A DNA stretch of 64,000 nucleotides, from positions 3,162,001 through 3,226,000 of the forward strand of contig OZ024766.1 of NCBI GenBank assembly GCA_964016885.1, written 5' to 3'. The DNA is from Eledone cirrhosa (taxonomy: Eukaryota). A program made the translations under genes and the position numbers. Every line of letters starts with the position of its first letter. Within the stretch, counting starts at the first letter, position 1. This document shows positions 37,179 to 51,417 of the stretch, in pieces. The notes under the pieces are model-generated. The model was given only the letters and a program-made list of their open reading frames with translations. It searched no databases and was not told the origin of the DNA.

Positions 37179-38995
37179 CTCTTCAAGAAAAAATATCAAT
37201 CTTTTAAGTGTCTTCCTAGAATTTTTTCTCTCAACACAATATATTGATATTTTTGCTTGGTTTTGATTTTACAGTTTATTCCCAACAAATATTTCCTCTG
37301 TTAAATCTCCATCAGCTCTGCTCGTTGTTGATATCTGAATATGATGCAAATTCCTTTGTAAATTTTTGCAACCTTACTAAGAATGCAGAATCTTCTTGTA
37401 CATTTTCCAGATAGGAAGAAGAGAAATCTTTCCATCAACCTCAGTTTAGAAGAAATATTTCACTGTAATTCACCAAATGTTGATATAAAAACACTTATAT
37501 AAACACTGTGTGAAATCTTGTGTTAGTCTTTTAAACAATGATATTGATGTTGTATCTGAAGTTAAAATTTCTCTTCTGTCAATGTCATGTGATATTCTGA
37601 AATAACAGAGAAACAAAATAAGATATAGAGGAGATGATATTAAAATGTTGTGATTCAACAATGGAAATTTTACCTTTCTTTAATGATAAATAGTCAACAT
37701 CATCATCGTTTAACATCCATCTTCCACACTAGTGTAAAATATACATAATGAAAATAAAAATGATTGTGTACAGTGCTCAGGTGCACTACAACTGATAGAA
37801 TTATGTACAAATGTCAGGAAAATTAACAGTGTACGAGTCCTGATAAACACACACGTGTTCGTGTGTGTGTATGGACGGGGAATATCAGGTGCAAGTGATG
37901 GCAAATTTGGGGAAGCATGGAAGCTTTGAAGGATGCATCAGTGATTCGGGTAATGTCTTCAGGAAAGTCTATGAGTTGATCACAGTCGCTGGAGTTAGGG
38001 GTAAATCCAAATTTACACCATAGAGTTATGACCCTTTACGGTCTGAGTTCAAATCTCGCCGAGGTTAACTTTGCCTTTCATCCTTGCAGGGTCGATAAAA
38101 TAAAGTACCAGTAATACACAGGGTTTATTTCTGGCCTTGTGCCAAAAGTAGAAACAATTATTATAGAAGTATACCCTGCTTTGATATCAGTGGGGGAAAA
38201 CATTTTCCCTGTTTCTTTTTTTCGTGTGCTATCAACCAATCTGACCTCCAAGGGGCTCGCAATTGACATTTGTCCAGCAAGATTGAAATGTTGGGAAGGG
38301 CTCCCTCCCGCTTCTCTGAGTTTACCCAACCATTTTTCTTTCCAAGTGTTATTAACGAATCTCACCTCCCAACAAGTAGGAAATGACTAGATTTATAGAA
38401 AAACTAGGGTGAAAGGGAGTGAAAAGACGATCGGAGGTTCACAGATCTACACCCACCTCGCCTTTCGTGGGGAAAAATTAACTCTTTTTTTTTCTTGTGC
38501 TGTCAACTAATCTGACCCCCAAGGTGCTCCCAATCATCTTTTTCTCCCGGGTTAGGGTTTCTGTTATCCAGATAAAAATCGATTGCAAGAATCTTGGAAG
38601 TTAGATTAGTTGATAGCACACGAAATAACCGAGGAAAGAAATTATTTTCCCACTGAAATGGAGGGGTGTGTTGTATAAATTGACCTAAACTACACATTAT
38701 AATACAAGGTAGTGAACAACATGATTAAATAGACGGAGGTAATTTAAATAATAAAGACACTCATAATAACAATCTATTTTATATCACATGTAACAGTAGA
38801 ATCTAGCTATTGTAAAATAAGACAACATTTCAGTCTAGAAGTATTTTCCTGTATATAAAAGTGACGAGGAAGAAATATGTCTAAAGTTGTTAAATATTTT
38901 CACTTGTATATAATTACTGTATCGTTGAAAGGTTCACGTAATTCTATTATTTACACACATTATTATACACTTCAATTAAATCTTTCTCAACTTAC

Positions 38996-39159
38996 CCTCT
39001 TCACATGTAATCAATGTGTTGTCTTCTTATATTTTATTAAACAAAGAAATAATCTCCTTGTTGTTGAATAAGAATTTCCAAAGATTTCATCAGCTTTTCT
39101 TTGTCCGCCATTAACGTTGGTGTATCTTCTTACTCTTTAGCCACAGATTCGTATCTTGT
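38996..39159 (-). promoter_or_regulatory. Predicted exon 1 / promoter block of ZNF-5 with uORF 39111-39037; intron 38995-37597
   Basis: Conserved donor, acceptor and CCGCCATT (39105). Confidence 0.65.
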
Positions 39160-39246
39160 TACCGTGAAGATGTTAAGCTAGCTTTCTTTCTTTCTCCCTC
39201 ATTATTTGTATACTTGAATATATATATATGTATATATATTTGTCAG

Positions 39247-39290
<44 letters not shown>

Positions 39291-39821
39291 TACATATCAT
39301 CATCGCCGTTAACGTACATTCTCCCATGTTAACATGAGTTAAACGAGCTGTCCCGTTTTGTGGCAAGTCAGATCAGATGACCGTCTCTTGTTTATACACA
39401 ACTATCTCTAGGTTGGTTTCTACGGCTAGATACCAATCCAAACGCCAACCATGTTTACAGTGTGGAGTTGATGCTCTTTTCTAAGTAACAAAATGATCGC
39501 TATACAGAGTAGACAGGCCACTTTTTCTTGTGTCACCAACACCACCACTTTACAGGGTGGACTGGATGCATTTGTCATGTCACCAACACTTTAGCGTGTA
39601 GACTGGGCGCTTTTCATCATGTCACCAGCACTTTACAGGGTTGACTGAGAGCTTCAGTCATTTCAGCAGCATTGTGGGAGAGTGTTTATCTTCCCATGTT
39701 TGTATACATTTTTAGCAGCGTAGTATATAAATGTTATTGAGACCCGAGTAACATAATAATGATGTCAACAGCAGAAATTAGAGATGAAATGTATGTTTAT
39801 TTTTGTTGTAGCACAAATAAT

Positions 39822-39986
39822 TGTTTCTACTGTAGGCACAAGGCCAGCAATAACCCAGTGCATTACTGGTACTTTATTTTATCGACCCCGTAAGGCAAAG
39901 TCAACCTCGGCGGGATTTGAACTCAGATCGTAAAGGGACGTAACTATGCTGGAAAGCATGGCGTCCGACCCTCTACCGATACTGCC
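39822..39986 (-). mobile_element. tRNA-derived SINE with 10-bp TSD CACAAATAAT
   Basis: TSD at 39812-39821 and 39987-39996; empty site at 32900-32909. Confidence 0.9.
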
Positions 39987-41224
39987 CACAAATAATGTTT
40001 GTTAACTTGTATGGTTGAAGTTACACATAAAATGAGGTTACAAAAGGGAATGTGCCATTGTGCCAGGCCCAAGGAACGCCGGCAGGCCAGAGTGCAAAAT
40101 CTCACCGTCACATGTTGTACGTGTTGCTGGTTCGAAATTCTAGGTGCGAGAGAGAGATTCTTCAAATAATCGTGGGGAATTTTTCCCTCAGGGCGTGTAG
40201 GGATACATCCACTTCTACTGGCGTTCATTGGCTGAGCTGAGCCAAATCACGCACAGAGAATGTATGTGAGCCCGCGGAATGTAGGTCACTACACATTGGT
40301 TGGTCTAGAGACTGGCCTCAGATTTGTAAAGTGTGGTTGCATGTATGTTGGGTGGGGATTGGAGTGGTAGGGTACTTAGCTGGTTAAGGGTGGAGTGTTA
40401 AGTCGTGGGTGAAGGGTGGTGTGTTAAGATATGGGAGGTGTATGGAAGTGGGTGGTCCATACTAGTAAGCTCTAGATATTGCTTCCTCTAATGCACATGG
40501 AAAGGCAGGTCTTCTGAAGTACAGCATAATGCCAGAGATCTCAATCCTATGTCATACACATCACACATCCATACCACTACAATCTCTTCTCCTGTACATT
40601 GCATCTGACCACTCATATGTCCAGTTTCTCTCTCAGTTCAATTACACTTTGCCATTCATACATAATATTATTACACATCCATCGGAGCAAGTTGAAATGA
40701 CTGACTTGACAAATTCCTCAAATATAAATCTTTTATTGACAAAACAGGGATTGAAATTTAAGACATTAATACAATTTATAGAATGGTTTATGAAAAACAA
40801 ATAAATAATTTCAAAAAGAAACAAATCAATACAAAGAGAAAAAGAAAAAGAGGAAAAGATTCACATAATCCTTCAATTATACACGAGAGGGAATGTGGTT
40901 GTTGGCCTCTAAATATATCTTGAGGTCAGGGATAGAGGGTCCCTCAATTACACACTACAACAGGGAATGTGGGTGTTGCCCTCTAAATATTTTTCCTGAG
41001 GCCAGTTACAGCATTATGTTATGGGACAGAGGGTCCCTCAATTATACATTACAACAGGGAATGTGAGTGTTGCCCTCTACATATTTCTTGAGGCCAGTTA
41101 CAGCATTATGTCATGGGATAGAGGGTCCATTAATTATACACTAAAGCAGGGAATGTGGGTGTTGCCCTCTAAATATTTCTTGAAGTCAGTTACAGCATGA
41201 AGTTAGGGATAAAGGGCCCCTTAA

Positions 41225-41421
41225 CCCTTTAGCATTCACATTACTCTATATATACTATTATATTTTCATGGTAAATGCTTTATTTCACATAATATCGAAT
41301 CTGTGAGATTTTGAAAGTATTTATTTTGAGAACAATACCTTAACATCAGTTTGAGCAACCAGTTACAGCCAGTTTCAACAGAAAGAAGTAGAGAATTCTG
41401 GCCGGTTTGAACATTAAAGGG
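41225..41421. mobile_element. TTAA-flanked MITE, duplicated with the unit
   Basis: Same termini as 26088-26284. Confidence 0.8.
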
Positions 41422-42604
41422 TTAACTATACACTACAACAGGGAATGTGGGTGTTGCCAAAAAATAAATTTAAGAAGACAACTATCAGACATGAGAATGA
41501 CTTTAATCCCATTTAAAAATAAAATTTAAAAAATGGAAAGCAATATTTAGAAAGCTCTAGAAATACTAAGGGTTTCCTTGTGATGTTAGTTGACAATAAG
41601 TTTATATTTGTAAGATGAAGGACATGTCACATTGTCAAGTTAAAAGGTTTGTTTATTTTTCTCTGTTTAAGTTACTGATATAGTTTTTCACCAGTGTCAT
41701 CTTTTGTGCTTAGTTAAAGATAAGTTACTGCCAAAATATTCCCCACGTGTTACACAATGGTAATATTTCTCTCCAGTGTGGTCTTGTGTGTTTATTCAAG
41801 TTAGTTACTGCCGAAATATTCCCCACATGTTACACAATGGTAATATTTCTCTCCAGTGTGGTCTTTTGTGTTTATTCAAGTTACTGTTACTGCCAAAATA
41901 TTCCCCACATGTTACACAATGGTAATATTTCTCTCCAGTGTGGTCTTTTGTGTTTATTCAAGTTACTGTTACTGCCAAAATATTCCCCACATGTTACACA
42001 ATGGTAATATTTCTCTCCAGTGTGGTATTGTGTGTTTATTCAAGTTAGTTACTGCCGAAATATTCCCCACATGTTAAACAGTGGCCTCTCTCCAGTGTGT
42101 GTTCTTTGTTTATTTAAATGACTCCTTACAACAAAAGATTTTCTATGTTTCACAACGAAAGGGTTTCTCTCCAGAGCCTGATAATTTGTAAACCGTTAAC
42201 TGATCTCCTACCCTGTTGCTCAACTTTGTAGAAATAGCAGCCAAATTGCTCAACATTACTAGGTCAATGGAAGGACACATACACACATATATAGTCATAT
42301 TTCCTTTCCCTTTATATTCCTTTTAACCTCACCTCCCTCAAATAGTTTCCAACTTGTTACCTTGGTAATTCTAACCCACTCTCAATGTATGGCTTTTAAA
42401 CACACATACCCACTTTTCATTTTCATATTCCACAATGCTTCAAGCAAATTACCCACACCACATATGTCTGTCCTGTGTGACCCCTATTTTGAATTCATAT
42501 TCTAAAGTCTTAGCCATGCAGAATTTTTTAATATAATAGACATCACACCGCCAGGTCTGACAGCCTCTATTCTCCCTTCTCACTTTTTATACACCTCAGT
42601 GTCA

Positions 42605-45532
42605 TTAATCTTTGTCTGTACATGATACTAAAGTTGGTACCACACTGATATCACACTCATGAGGTTTCTCTCCTGTATGAATATATGTGTCTTGTTAAAT
42701 GATCTAACCGAGAGAATGATTTACCACAAATTTCACAGGGATAAGGTTTCTCTCCTGTATGACTACGCATGTGTCTAGTTAAATGACTTGTAGAAAAGAA
42801 CGATTTACCACAGACATCACAGTGATAAGGTTTCTCTCCTGTATGACTACGTTTGTGTATAGTGACACCACTTATACAGGAGAATGATTTACCACAGATA
42901 TCACAGTGATGAGGTTTCTCTCCTGTATGAATATATTTGTGTATTGTTAAAGGACCTAACTGAGAGATTATTTTCCACAGATATCACAGGGATAAGGTTT
43001 CTCTCCTGTATGAGTACGTTTGTGTCTAGTGACACCACTCATACAGGAGAATGATTTACCACAGATATCACAGGGATAAGGTTTCTCTCCTGTATGACAA
43101 CGTTTGTGTTCGGTTACGTGACTTGTACGAGAGAATGATTTACCACAGATATCACAGTGATAAGGTTTCTCTCCTGTATGACTACGTTTGTGTCTAGTGA
43201 CACCACTTATACAGGAGAATGATTTACCACAGATATCACAGGGATAAGGTTTCTCTCCTGTATGACTACGTTTGTGTCTAGTGACACCACTTATACAGGA
43301 GAATGATTTACCACAGATATCACAGGGATAAGGTTTCTCTCCTGTATGACTACGTTTGTGTTCGGTTACGTGACTTGTACGAGAGAATGATTTACCACAG
43401 ATATCACAGTGATAAGGTTTCTCTCCTGTATGACTACGTTTGTGCATAGTCAAGGCACTTGTATGAGAGAATGATTTACCACAGATATCACAGTGATGAG
43501 GTTTCTCTCCTGTATGAATATATTTGTGTATTGTTAAAGGACCTAACTGAGAGAATGATTTTCCACAGATATCACAGTGATAAGGTTTCTCTCCTGTATG
43601 ACTACGTTTGTGTCTAGTGACACCACTTATATAGGAGAATGATTTACCACAGATATCACAGTGATGAGGTTTCTCTCCTGTATGACTACGTTTGTGAGTA
43701 GTTAAATGACCTAACTGAGAGAATGATTTACCACAGATATCACAGTGATACGGTTTCTCTCCTGTATGACTACGTATGTGTTCGGTTACGTGATTTGTAC
43801 GAGAGAATGATTTACCACAGTGGTAAGGTTTCTCTCCTGTATGTCTACGTTTGTGAGTAGTTAAATGACCTAACTGAGAGAATGATTTACCACAGATATC
43901 ACAGTGATGAGGTTTCTCTCCTGTATGACTACGTTTGTGTATAGTTACATCACTTTTAAGAGAGAATGATTTACCACAGATGTCACAGGGATAAGGTTTC
44001 TCTCCTGTATGACTACGTTTGTGTATAGTTAAATAAGTTGTTCGAGAGAATGATTTACCACAGATATCACAGGGATAAGGTTTCTCTCCTGTATGACTAC
44101 GTTTGTGTTCGGTTACGTGACTTGTACGAGAGAATGATTTACCACAGATATCACAGGGATAAGGTTTCTCTCCTGTATGACTACGTTTGTGTTCAGTTAC
44201 GTGACTTGTACAAGAGAATGATTTACCACAGATTTCACAGGGATAAGGTTTCTCTCCTGTATGACTACGTTTGTGTATAGTTAAGGCACTTTTAAAAGAG
44301 AATGATTTACCACAGATATCACAGGGATAAGGCTTCTCTCTTGTATGACTACGCATGTGTATAGTTAAGGCACTTGTACAAGAGAATGATTTACCACAGA
44401 TATCACAGGGATAAGGTATCCCTCCTGTATGACTACGTTTGTGAGTAGTTAAATGACCTAACTGAGAGAATGATTTACCACAGATTTCACAGGGATAATG
44501 TTTCTTTCCTGTATGACTACGTTTGTGTATAGTTAAATAAGTTGTTCGAGAGAATGATTTACCACAGATATCACAGGGATGAGGTTTCTCTCCTGTATGA
44601 CTACGTTTGTGTTCGGTTACGTGACTTGTACGAGAGAATGATTTACCACAGATATCACAGGGATAAGGTTTCTCTCCTGTATGACTACGTTTGTGTTCGG
44701 TTACGTGACTTGTACGAGAGAATGATTTACCACAGATTTCACAGGGATAAGGTTTCTCTCCTGTATGACTACGTTTGTGTATAGTTAAGGCACTTTTAAA
44801 AGAGAATGATTTACCACAGATATCACAGGGATAAGGCTTCTCTCTTGTATGACTACGCATGTGTATAGTTAAGGCACTTGTACAAGAGAATGATTTACCA
44901 CAGATATAACAGGGATAAGGTATCCCTCCTGTATGACTACGTTTGTGAGTAGTTAAATGACCTAACTGAGAGAATGATTTACCACAGATTTCACAGGGAT
45001 AATGTTTCTTTCCTGTATGACTACGTTTGTGTATAATTAAATAAGTTGTTCGAGAGAATGATTTACCACAGATATCACAGGGGTAAGGTTTCTCTCCTGT
45101 ATGACTACGTTTGTGAGTAGTTAAATGACCTAACTGAGAGAATGATTTACCACAGATATCACAGGGATAAGGTTTCTCCCCTGTATGATAACGCATGTGT
45201 ATAGTTATATCACTTTTACGAGAGAATGATTTACCACAGATTTCACAGGGATAAGGTTTCTCTCCTGTATGACTACGTTTGTGTATAGTTAAGGCACTTT
45301 TAAAAGAGAATGATTTACCAAAGATATTACAGGGATAAGGTTTCTCTCCTGTATGACTACGTTTGTGTATAGTTACATCACTTTTAAGAGAGAATGATTT
45401 ACCTCAGATATCACAGTGATGAGGCTTCTCTCCAGTATGACTATATTTGTGTATTGTTAAATGACCTAACTGAGAGAATGATTTATCACAGATATTACAG
45501 CAGTATGATGATTTTCCTTCCTCTTCTGACAT
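42605..45532 (-). pseudogene. ZNF-6, probable pseudogene or re-initiated gene: TGA in finger 2, long internal ORF 45196-42968, frameshifted tail
   Basis: ATG at 45532; Cys TGT changed to TGA at 45406-45404; Cys-to-Phe in finger 3; 9-bp deletion (YHCGK); same 3' lesion as ZNF-5 at 42968. Confidence 0.82.
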
Positions 45533-47346
45533 CTCTTCAAGAAAAAATATCAATCTTTTAAGTGTCTTCCTAGAATTTTTTCTCTCAACACAATATATTG
45601 ATATTTTTGCTTGGTTTTGATTTTACAGTTTATTCCCAACAAATATTTCCTCTGTTAAATCTCCATCAGCTCTGCTCTTTGTTGATATCTGAATATGATG
45701 CAAATTCCTTTGTAAATTTTTGCAACCTTACTAAGAATGCAGAATCTTCTTGTACATTTTCCAGATAGGAAGAAGAGAAATCTTTCCATCAACCTCAGTT
45801 TAGAAGAAATATTTCACTGTAATTCACCAAATGTTGATATAAAAACACTTATATAAACACTGTGTAAAATCTTGTGTTAGTCTTTTAAACAATGATATTG
45901 ATGTTGTATCTGAAGTTAAAATTTCTCTTCTGTCAATGTCATGTGATATTCTGAAATAACAGAGAAACAAAATAAGATATAGAGGAGAGGATATTAAAAT
46001 GTGATTCAACAATGGAAATTTTACCTTTCTTTAATGATAAATAGTCAACATCATCATCGTTTAACATCCATCTTCCACACTAGTGTAAAATATATATAAT
46101 GAAAATAAAAATGATTGTGTACAGTGCTCAGGTGCACTACAACTGATAGAATTATGTACAAATGTCAGGAAAATTAACAGTGTACGAGTCCTGATAAACA
46201 CACACGTGTTCGTGTGTGTGTATGGACGGGGAATATCAGGTGCAAGTGATGGCAAATTTGGGGAAGCATGGAAGTTTTGAAGGATGCATCAGTGATTCGG
46301 GTAATGTCTTCAGGAAAGTCTATGAGTTGATCACAGTCGCTGGAGTTAGGGGTAAATCCAAATTTACACCATAGAGTTATGACCCTTTACGGTCTGAGTT
46401 CAAATCTCGCCGAGGTTAACTTTGCCTTTCATCCTTGCAGGGTCGATAAAATAAAGTACCAGTAATACACAGGGGTTATTTCTGGCCTTGTGCCAAAAGT
46501 AGAAACAATTATTATAGAAGTATACCCTGCTTTAATATCAATGGGGGAAAACATTTTCCCTGTTTCTTTTTTTCGTGTGCTATCAACCAATCTGACCTCC
46601 AAGGGGCTCGCAATTGACATCTGTCCAGCAAGATTGAAATGTTGGGAAGGGCTCCCACCAGCTTCTCTGAGTTTACCCAACCATTTTTCTTTCCAAGTAT
46701 TATTAACGAATCTCACCTCCCAACAAGTAGGAAATGACTAGATTTATAGAAAAACTAGGGTGAAAGGGAGTGAAAAGACGATCGGAGGTTCACAGATCTA
46801 CACCCACCTCGCCTTTCGTGGGGAAAAATTAACTCTTTTTTTTTCTTGTGCTGTCAACTAATCTGACCCCCAAGGTGCTCCCAATCATCTTTTTCTCCCG
46901 GGTTAGGGTTTCTGTTATCCAGATAAAAATCGATTGCGAGAATCTTGGAAGTTAGATTAGTTGATAGCACACGAAATAACCGAGGAAAGAAATTATTTTC
47001 CCACTGAAATGGAGGGGTGTGTTGTATAAATTGACCTAAACTACACATTATAATACAAGGTAGTGAACAACATGATTAAATAGACGGAGGTAATTTAAAT
47101 AATAAAGACACTCATAATAACAATCTATTTTATATCACATATAACAGTAGAATCTAGCTATTGTAAAATAAGACAACATTTCAGTCTAGAAGTATTTTCC
47201 TGTATATAAAAGTGACGAGGAAGAAATATGTCTAAAGTTGTTAAATATTTTCACTTGTATATAATTACTGTATCGTTGAAAGGTTCACATAATTCTATTA
47301 TTTACACACATTATTATAGACTTCAAGTAAATCTTTCTCAACTTAC

Positions 47347-47510
47347 CCTCTTCACATGTAATCAATGTGTTGTCTTCTTATATTTTATTAAACAAAGAAA
47401 TAATCTCCTTGTTGTTGAATAAGAATTTCCAAAGATTTCATCAGCTTTTCTTTGTCCGCCATTAACGTTGGTGTATCTTCTTATTCTTTAGCCACAGATT
47501 CGTATCTTGT
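47347..47510 (-). promoter_or_regulatory. Predicted exon 1 / promoter block of ZNF-6 with uORF 47462-47388; intron 47346-45951
   Basis: Conserved donor, acceptor and CCGCCATT (47456). Confidence 0.65.
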
Positions 47511-48161
47511 TACCGTGAAGCTGTTAAGCTAGCTTTCTTTCTTTCTCCCTCATTATTTGTATACTTGAATATATATATATGTATATATATTTGTCAGATT
47601 ATATATATATATACACATATATACATATCATCATCGCCGTTAACGTACATTCTCCCATGTTAACATGAGTTAAACGAGCTGTCCCGTTTTGTGGCAAGTC
47701 AGATCAGATGACCGTCTCTTGTTTATACACAACTATCTCTAGGTTGGTTTCTACGGCTAGATACCAATCCAAACGCCAACCATGTTTACAGTGTGGAGTT
47801 GATGCTCTTTTCTAAGTAACAAAATGATCGCTATACAGAGTAGACGGGCCACTTTTTCTTATGTCACCAACACCACCACCACTTTACAGGGTGGACTGGA
47901 TGCATTTGTCATGTCACCAACACTTTAGCGTGTAGACTGGGCGCTTTTCATCATGTCACCAACACCAGCACTTTACGGGGTTGACTGAGAGCTTCAGTCA
48001 TTTCAGCAGCATTGTGGGAGAGTGTTTATCTTCCCATGTTTGTATACATTTTTAGCAGCGTAGTATATAAATGTTATTGAGACCCGAGTAACATAATAAT
48101 GATGTCAACAGCAGAAATTAGAGATGAAATGTATGTTTATTTTTGTTGTAGCACAAATAAT

Positions 48162-48334
48162 TGTTTCTACTGTAGGCACAAGGCCAGCAATAACCCAGTG
48201 CATTACTGGTACTTTATTTTATCGACCCCGTAAGGATGAAAGGCAAAGTCAACCTCGGCGGGATTTGAACTCAGATCGTAAAGGGACGTAACTATGCTGG
48301 AAAGCATGGCGTCCGACCCTCTACCGATACTGCC
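48162..48334 (-). mobile_element. tRNA-derived SINE with 10-bp TSD CACAAATAAT (duplicate of 39822-39986)
   Basis: TSD at 48152-48161 and 48335-48344. Confidence 0.9.
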
Positions 48335-49572
48335 CACAAATAATGTTTGTTAACTTGTATGGTTGAAGTTACACATAAAATGAGGTTACAAAAGGGAATG
48401 TGCCATTGTGCCAGGCCCAAGGAACGCCGGCAGGCCAAAGTGCAAAATCTCACCGTCACATGTTGTACGTGTTGCTGGTTCGAAGTTCTAGGTGCGAGAG
48501 AGAGATTCTTCAAATAATCGTGGGGAATTTTTCCCTCAGGGCGTGTAGGGATACATCCACTTCTACTGGCGTTCATTGGCTGAGCTGAGCCAAATCACGC
48601 ACAGAGAATGTATGTGAGCCCGCGGAATGTAGGTCACTACACATTGGTTGGTCTAGAGACTGGCCTCAGATTTGTAAAGTGTGGTTGCATGTATGTTGGG
48701 TGGGGATTGGAGTGGTAGGGTACTTAGCTGGTTAAGGGTGGAGTGTTAAGTCGTGGGTGAAAGATGGAGTGTTAAGATATGGGAGGTGTATGGAAGTGGG
48801 TGGTCCATACTAGAAAGCTCTAGATATTGCTTCCTCTAATACACATGGAAAGGCAGGTCTTCTGAAGTACAGCATAATGCCAGAGATCTCAATCCTATGT
48901 CATACACATCACACATCCATACCACTACAATCTCTTCTCCTGTACATTGCATCTGACCACTCATATGTCCAGTTTCTCTCTCAGTTCAATTACACTTTGC
49001 CATTCATACATAATACTATTACACATCCATCAGAGCAAGTTGAAATGACTGACTTGACAAATTCCTCAAATATAAATCTTTTATTGACAAAACAGGGATT
49101 GAAATTTAAGACATTAATACAATTTATAGAATGGTTTATGAAAAACAAATAAATAATTTCAAAAAGAAACAAATCAATACAAAGAGAAAAAGAAAAAGAG
49201 GAAAAGATTCACATAATCCTTCAATTATACACGAGAGGGAATGTGGTTGTTGGCCTCTAAATATATCTTGAGGTCAGGGATAGAGGGTCCCTCAATTACA
49301 CACTACAACAGGGAATGTGGGTGTTGCCCTCTAAATATTTTTCCTGAGGCCAGTTACAGCATTATGTCGTGGGACAGAGGGTCCCTCAATTATACATTAC
49401 AACAGGGAATGTGAGTGTTGCCCTCTAAATATTTCTTGAGGCCAGTTACAGCATTATGTCATGGGATAGAGGGTCCATCAATTATACACTAAAGCAGGGA
49501 ATGTGGGTGTTGCCCTCTAAATATTTCTTGAAGTCAGTTACAGCATTAAGTTAGGGATAAAGGGCCCCTTAA

Positions 49573-49769
49573 CCCTTTAGCATTCACATTACTCTATATA
49601 TACTATTATATTTTCATGGTAAAGGCTTTATCTCACATAATATCGAATCTGTGAGGTTTTGAAAGTATTTATTTTGAGAACAATACCTTAACATCAGTTT
49701 GAGCGACCAGTTACAGCCAGTTTCAACAGAAAGAAGTAGAGAATTCTGGCCGGTTTGAACATTAAAGGG
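49573..49769. mobile_element. TTAA-flanked MITE, duplicated with the unit
   Basis: Same termini as 26088-26284. Confidence 0.8.
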
Positions 49770-50778
49770 TTAACTATACACTACAACAGGGAATGTGGGT
49801 GTTGCCAAAAAATAAATTTAAGAAGACAACTATCAGACATGAGAATGACTTTAATCCCATTTAAAAATAAAATTTAAAAAATGGAAAGCAATATTTAGAA
49901 AGCTCTAGAAATACTAAGGGTTTCCTTGTGATGTTAGTTGACAATAAGTTTATATTTGTAAGATGAAGGACATGTCACATTGTCAAGTTAAAAGGTTTGT
50001 TTATTTTTCTCTGTTTAAGTTACTGATATAGTTTTTCACCAGTGCCATCTTTTGTGCTTAGTTAAAGATAAGTTACTGCCAAAATATTCCCCACATGTTA
50101 AACAGTGGTAATATTTCTCTCCAGTGTGGTCTTTTGTGTTTATTCAAGTTACTGTTACTGCCAAAATATTCCCCACATGTTAATATTTCTCTCCAATGTG
50201 GTCTTGTGTGTTTATTCAAGTTAGTTACTGCCGAAATATTCCCCACATCTTAAACAGTGGCCTCTCTCCAGTGTGTGTTCTTTGTTTATTTAAATGACTC
50301 CTTACAACAAAAGATTTTCTATGTTTCACAACGAAAGGGTTTCTCTCCAGAGCCTGATAATTTGTAAACCTTTAACTGATCTCTTACCCTGTTGCTCAAC
50401 TTTGTAGAAATAGCAGCCAAATTGCTCTACATTACTAGGTCAATGGAAGGACACAAACACATATATATATAGTCATATTTCCTTTCCCTTTATTTTCCTT
50501 TTAACCTCACCACCCTCAAATAGTTTCCAAATTGTTACCTTGGTAATTCTAACCCACTCAATGTATGGCTTTTAAACACACATACCCACTTTTCATTTTC
50601 ATATTCCACAATGCTTCAAGCAAACTACCACACCACATGTGTCTGTCCTGTGTGACCCCTATTTTGAATTCATATTCTAAAGTCTTAGCCATGCAGGATT
50701 TTTAATATAATAGACATCACACTGCCAGGTCTGACAGCCTCTATTCTCCCTTCTCACCTTTTATACACCTCAGTGTCA

Positions 50779-51417
50779 TTAATCTTTGTCTGTACATGAT
50801 ACTAAAGTTGGTACCGCACTGATATCACACTCATGAGGTTTCTCTCCTGTATGAATATATGTGTGTCTTGTTAAATGATCTAACCGAGAGAATTTCACAA
50901 ATTTCACAGGGATAAGGTTTCTCTCCTGTATGACTACGCATGTGTCTAGTTAAATGACTTGTAGAAAAGAACGATTTACCACAGACATCACAGTGATAAG
51001 GTTTCTCTCCTGTATGACTACGTTTGTGTTTGGTTACGTCACTTGTACAAGTGAATGATTTACCACAGATATCACAGTGATGAGGTTTCTCTCCTGTATG
51101 ACTACGTTTGTGTCTAGTGACACCACTTATACAGGAGAATGATTTACCACAGATATCACAGTGATGAGGTTTCTCTCCTGTATGACTACGTTTGTGTCTA
51201 GTGACACCACTTATACAGGAGAATGATTTACCACAGTGATGAGGGTCTCTCCTGTATGTCTACATTTGTGTTCGGTTACGAGACTTGTACGAGAGAATGA
51301 TTTACCACAGATATCACAGGGATATGGTTTCTCGCCTGTATGACTACATCTGTGTCTAGTTAAATGACCTAACTGAGAGAATGATTTGCCACAGATATCA
51401 CAGGGATAAGGTTTCTC
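50779..51417 (-). pseudogene. Decaying fingers downstream of the ZNF-7 nonsense codon
   Basis: About 7 finger units with a 9-bp and a 1-bp deletion near 51235-51245 and a 5-bp deletion near 50893. Confidence 0.85.

Noticed and set aside
40000-40290. Possible 3' end of another LINE family upstream of ZNF-5 and ZNF-6
   Set aside because: Only weak motif resemblance by eye; needs a repeat-library search.
45404-45406. Selenocysteine recoding of the TGA at a Cys position in ZNF-6
   Set aside because: Single paralog, adjacent finger also damaged, and no SECIS recognised.
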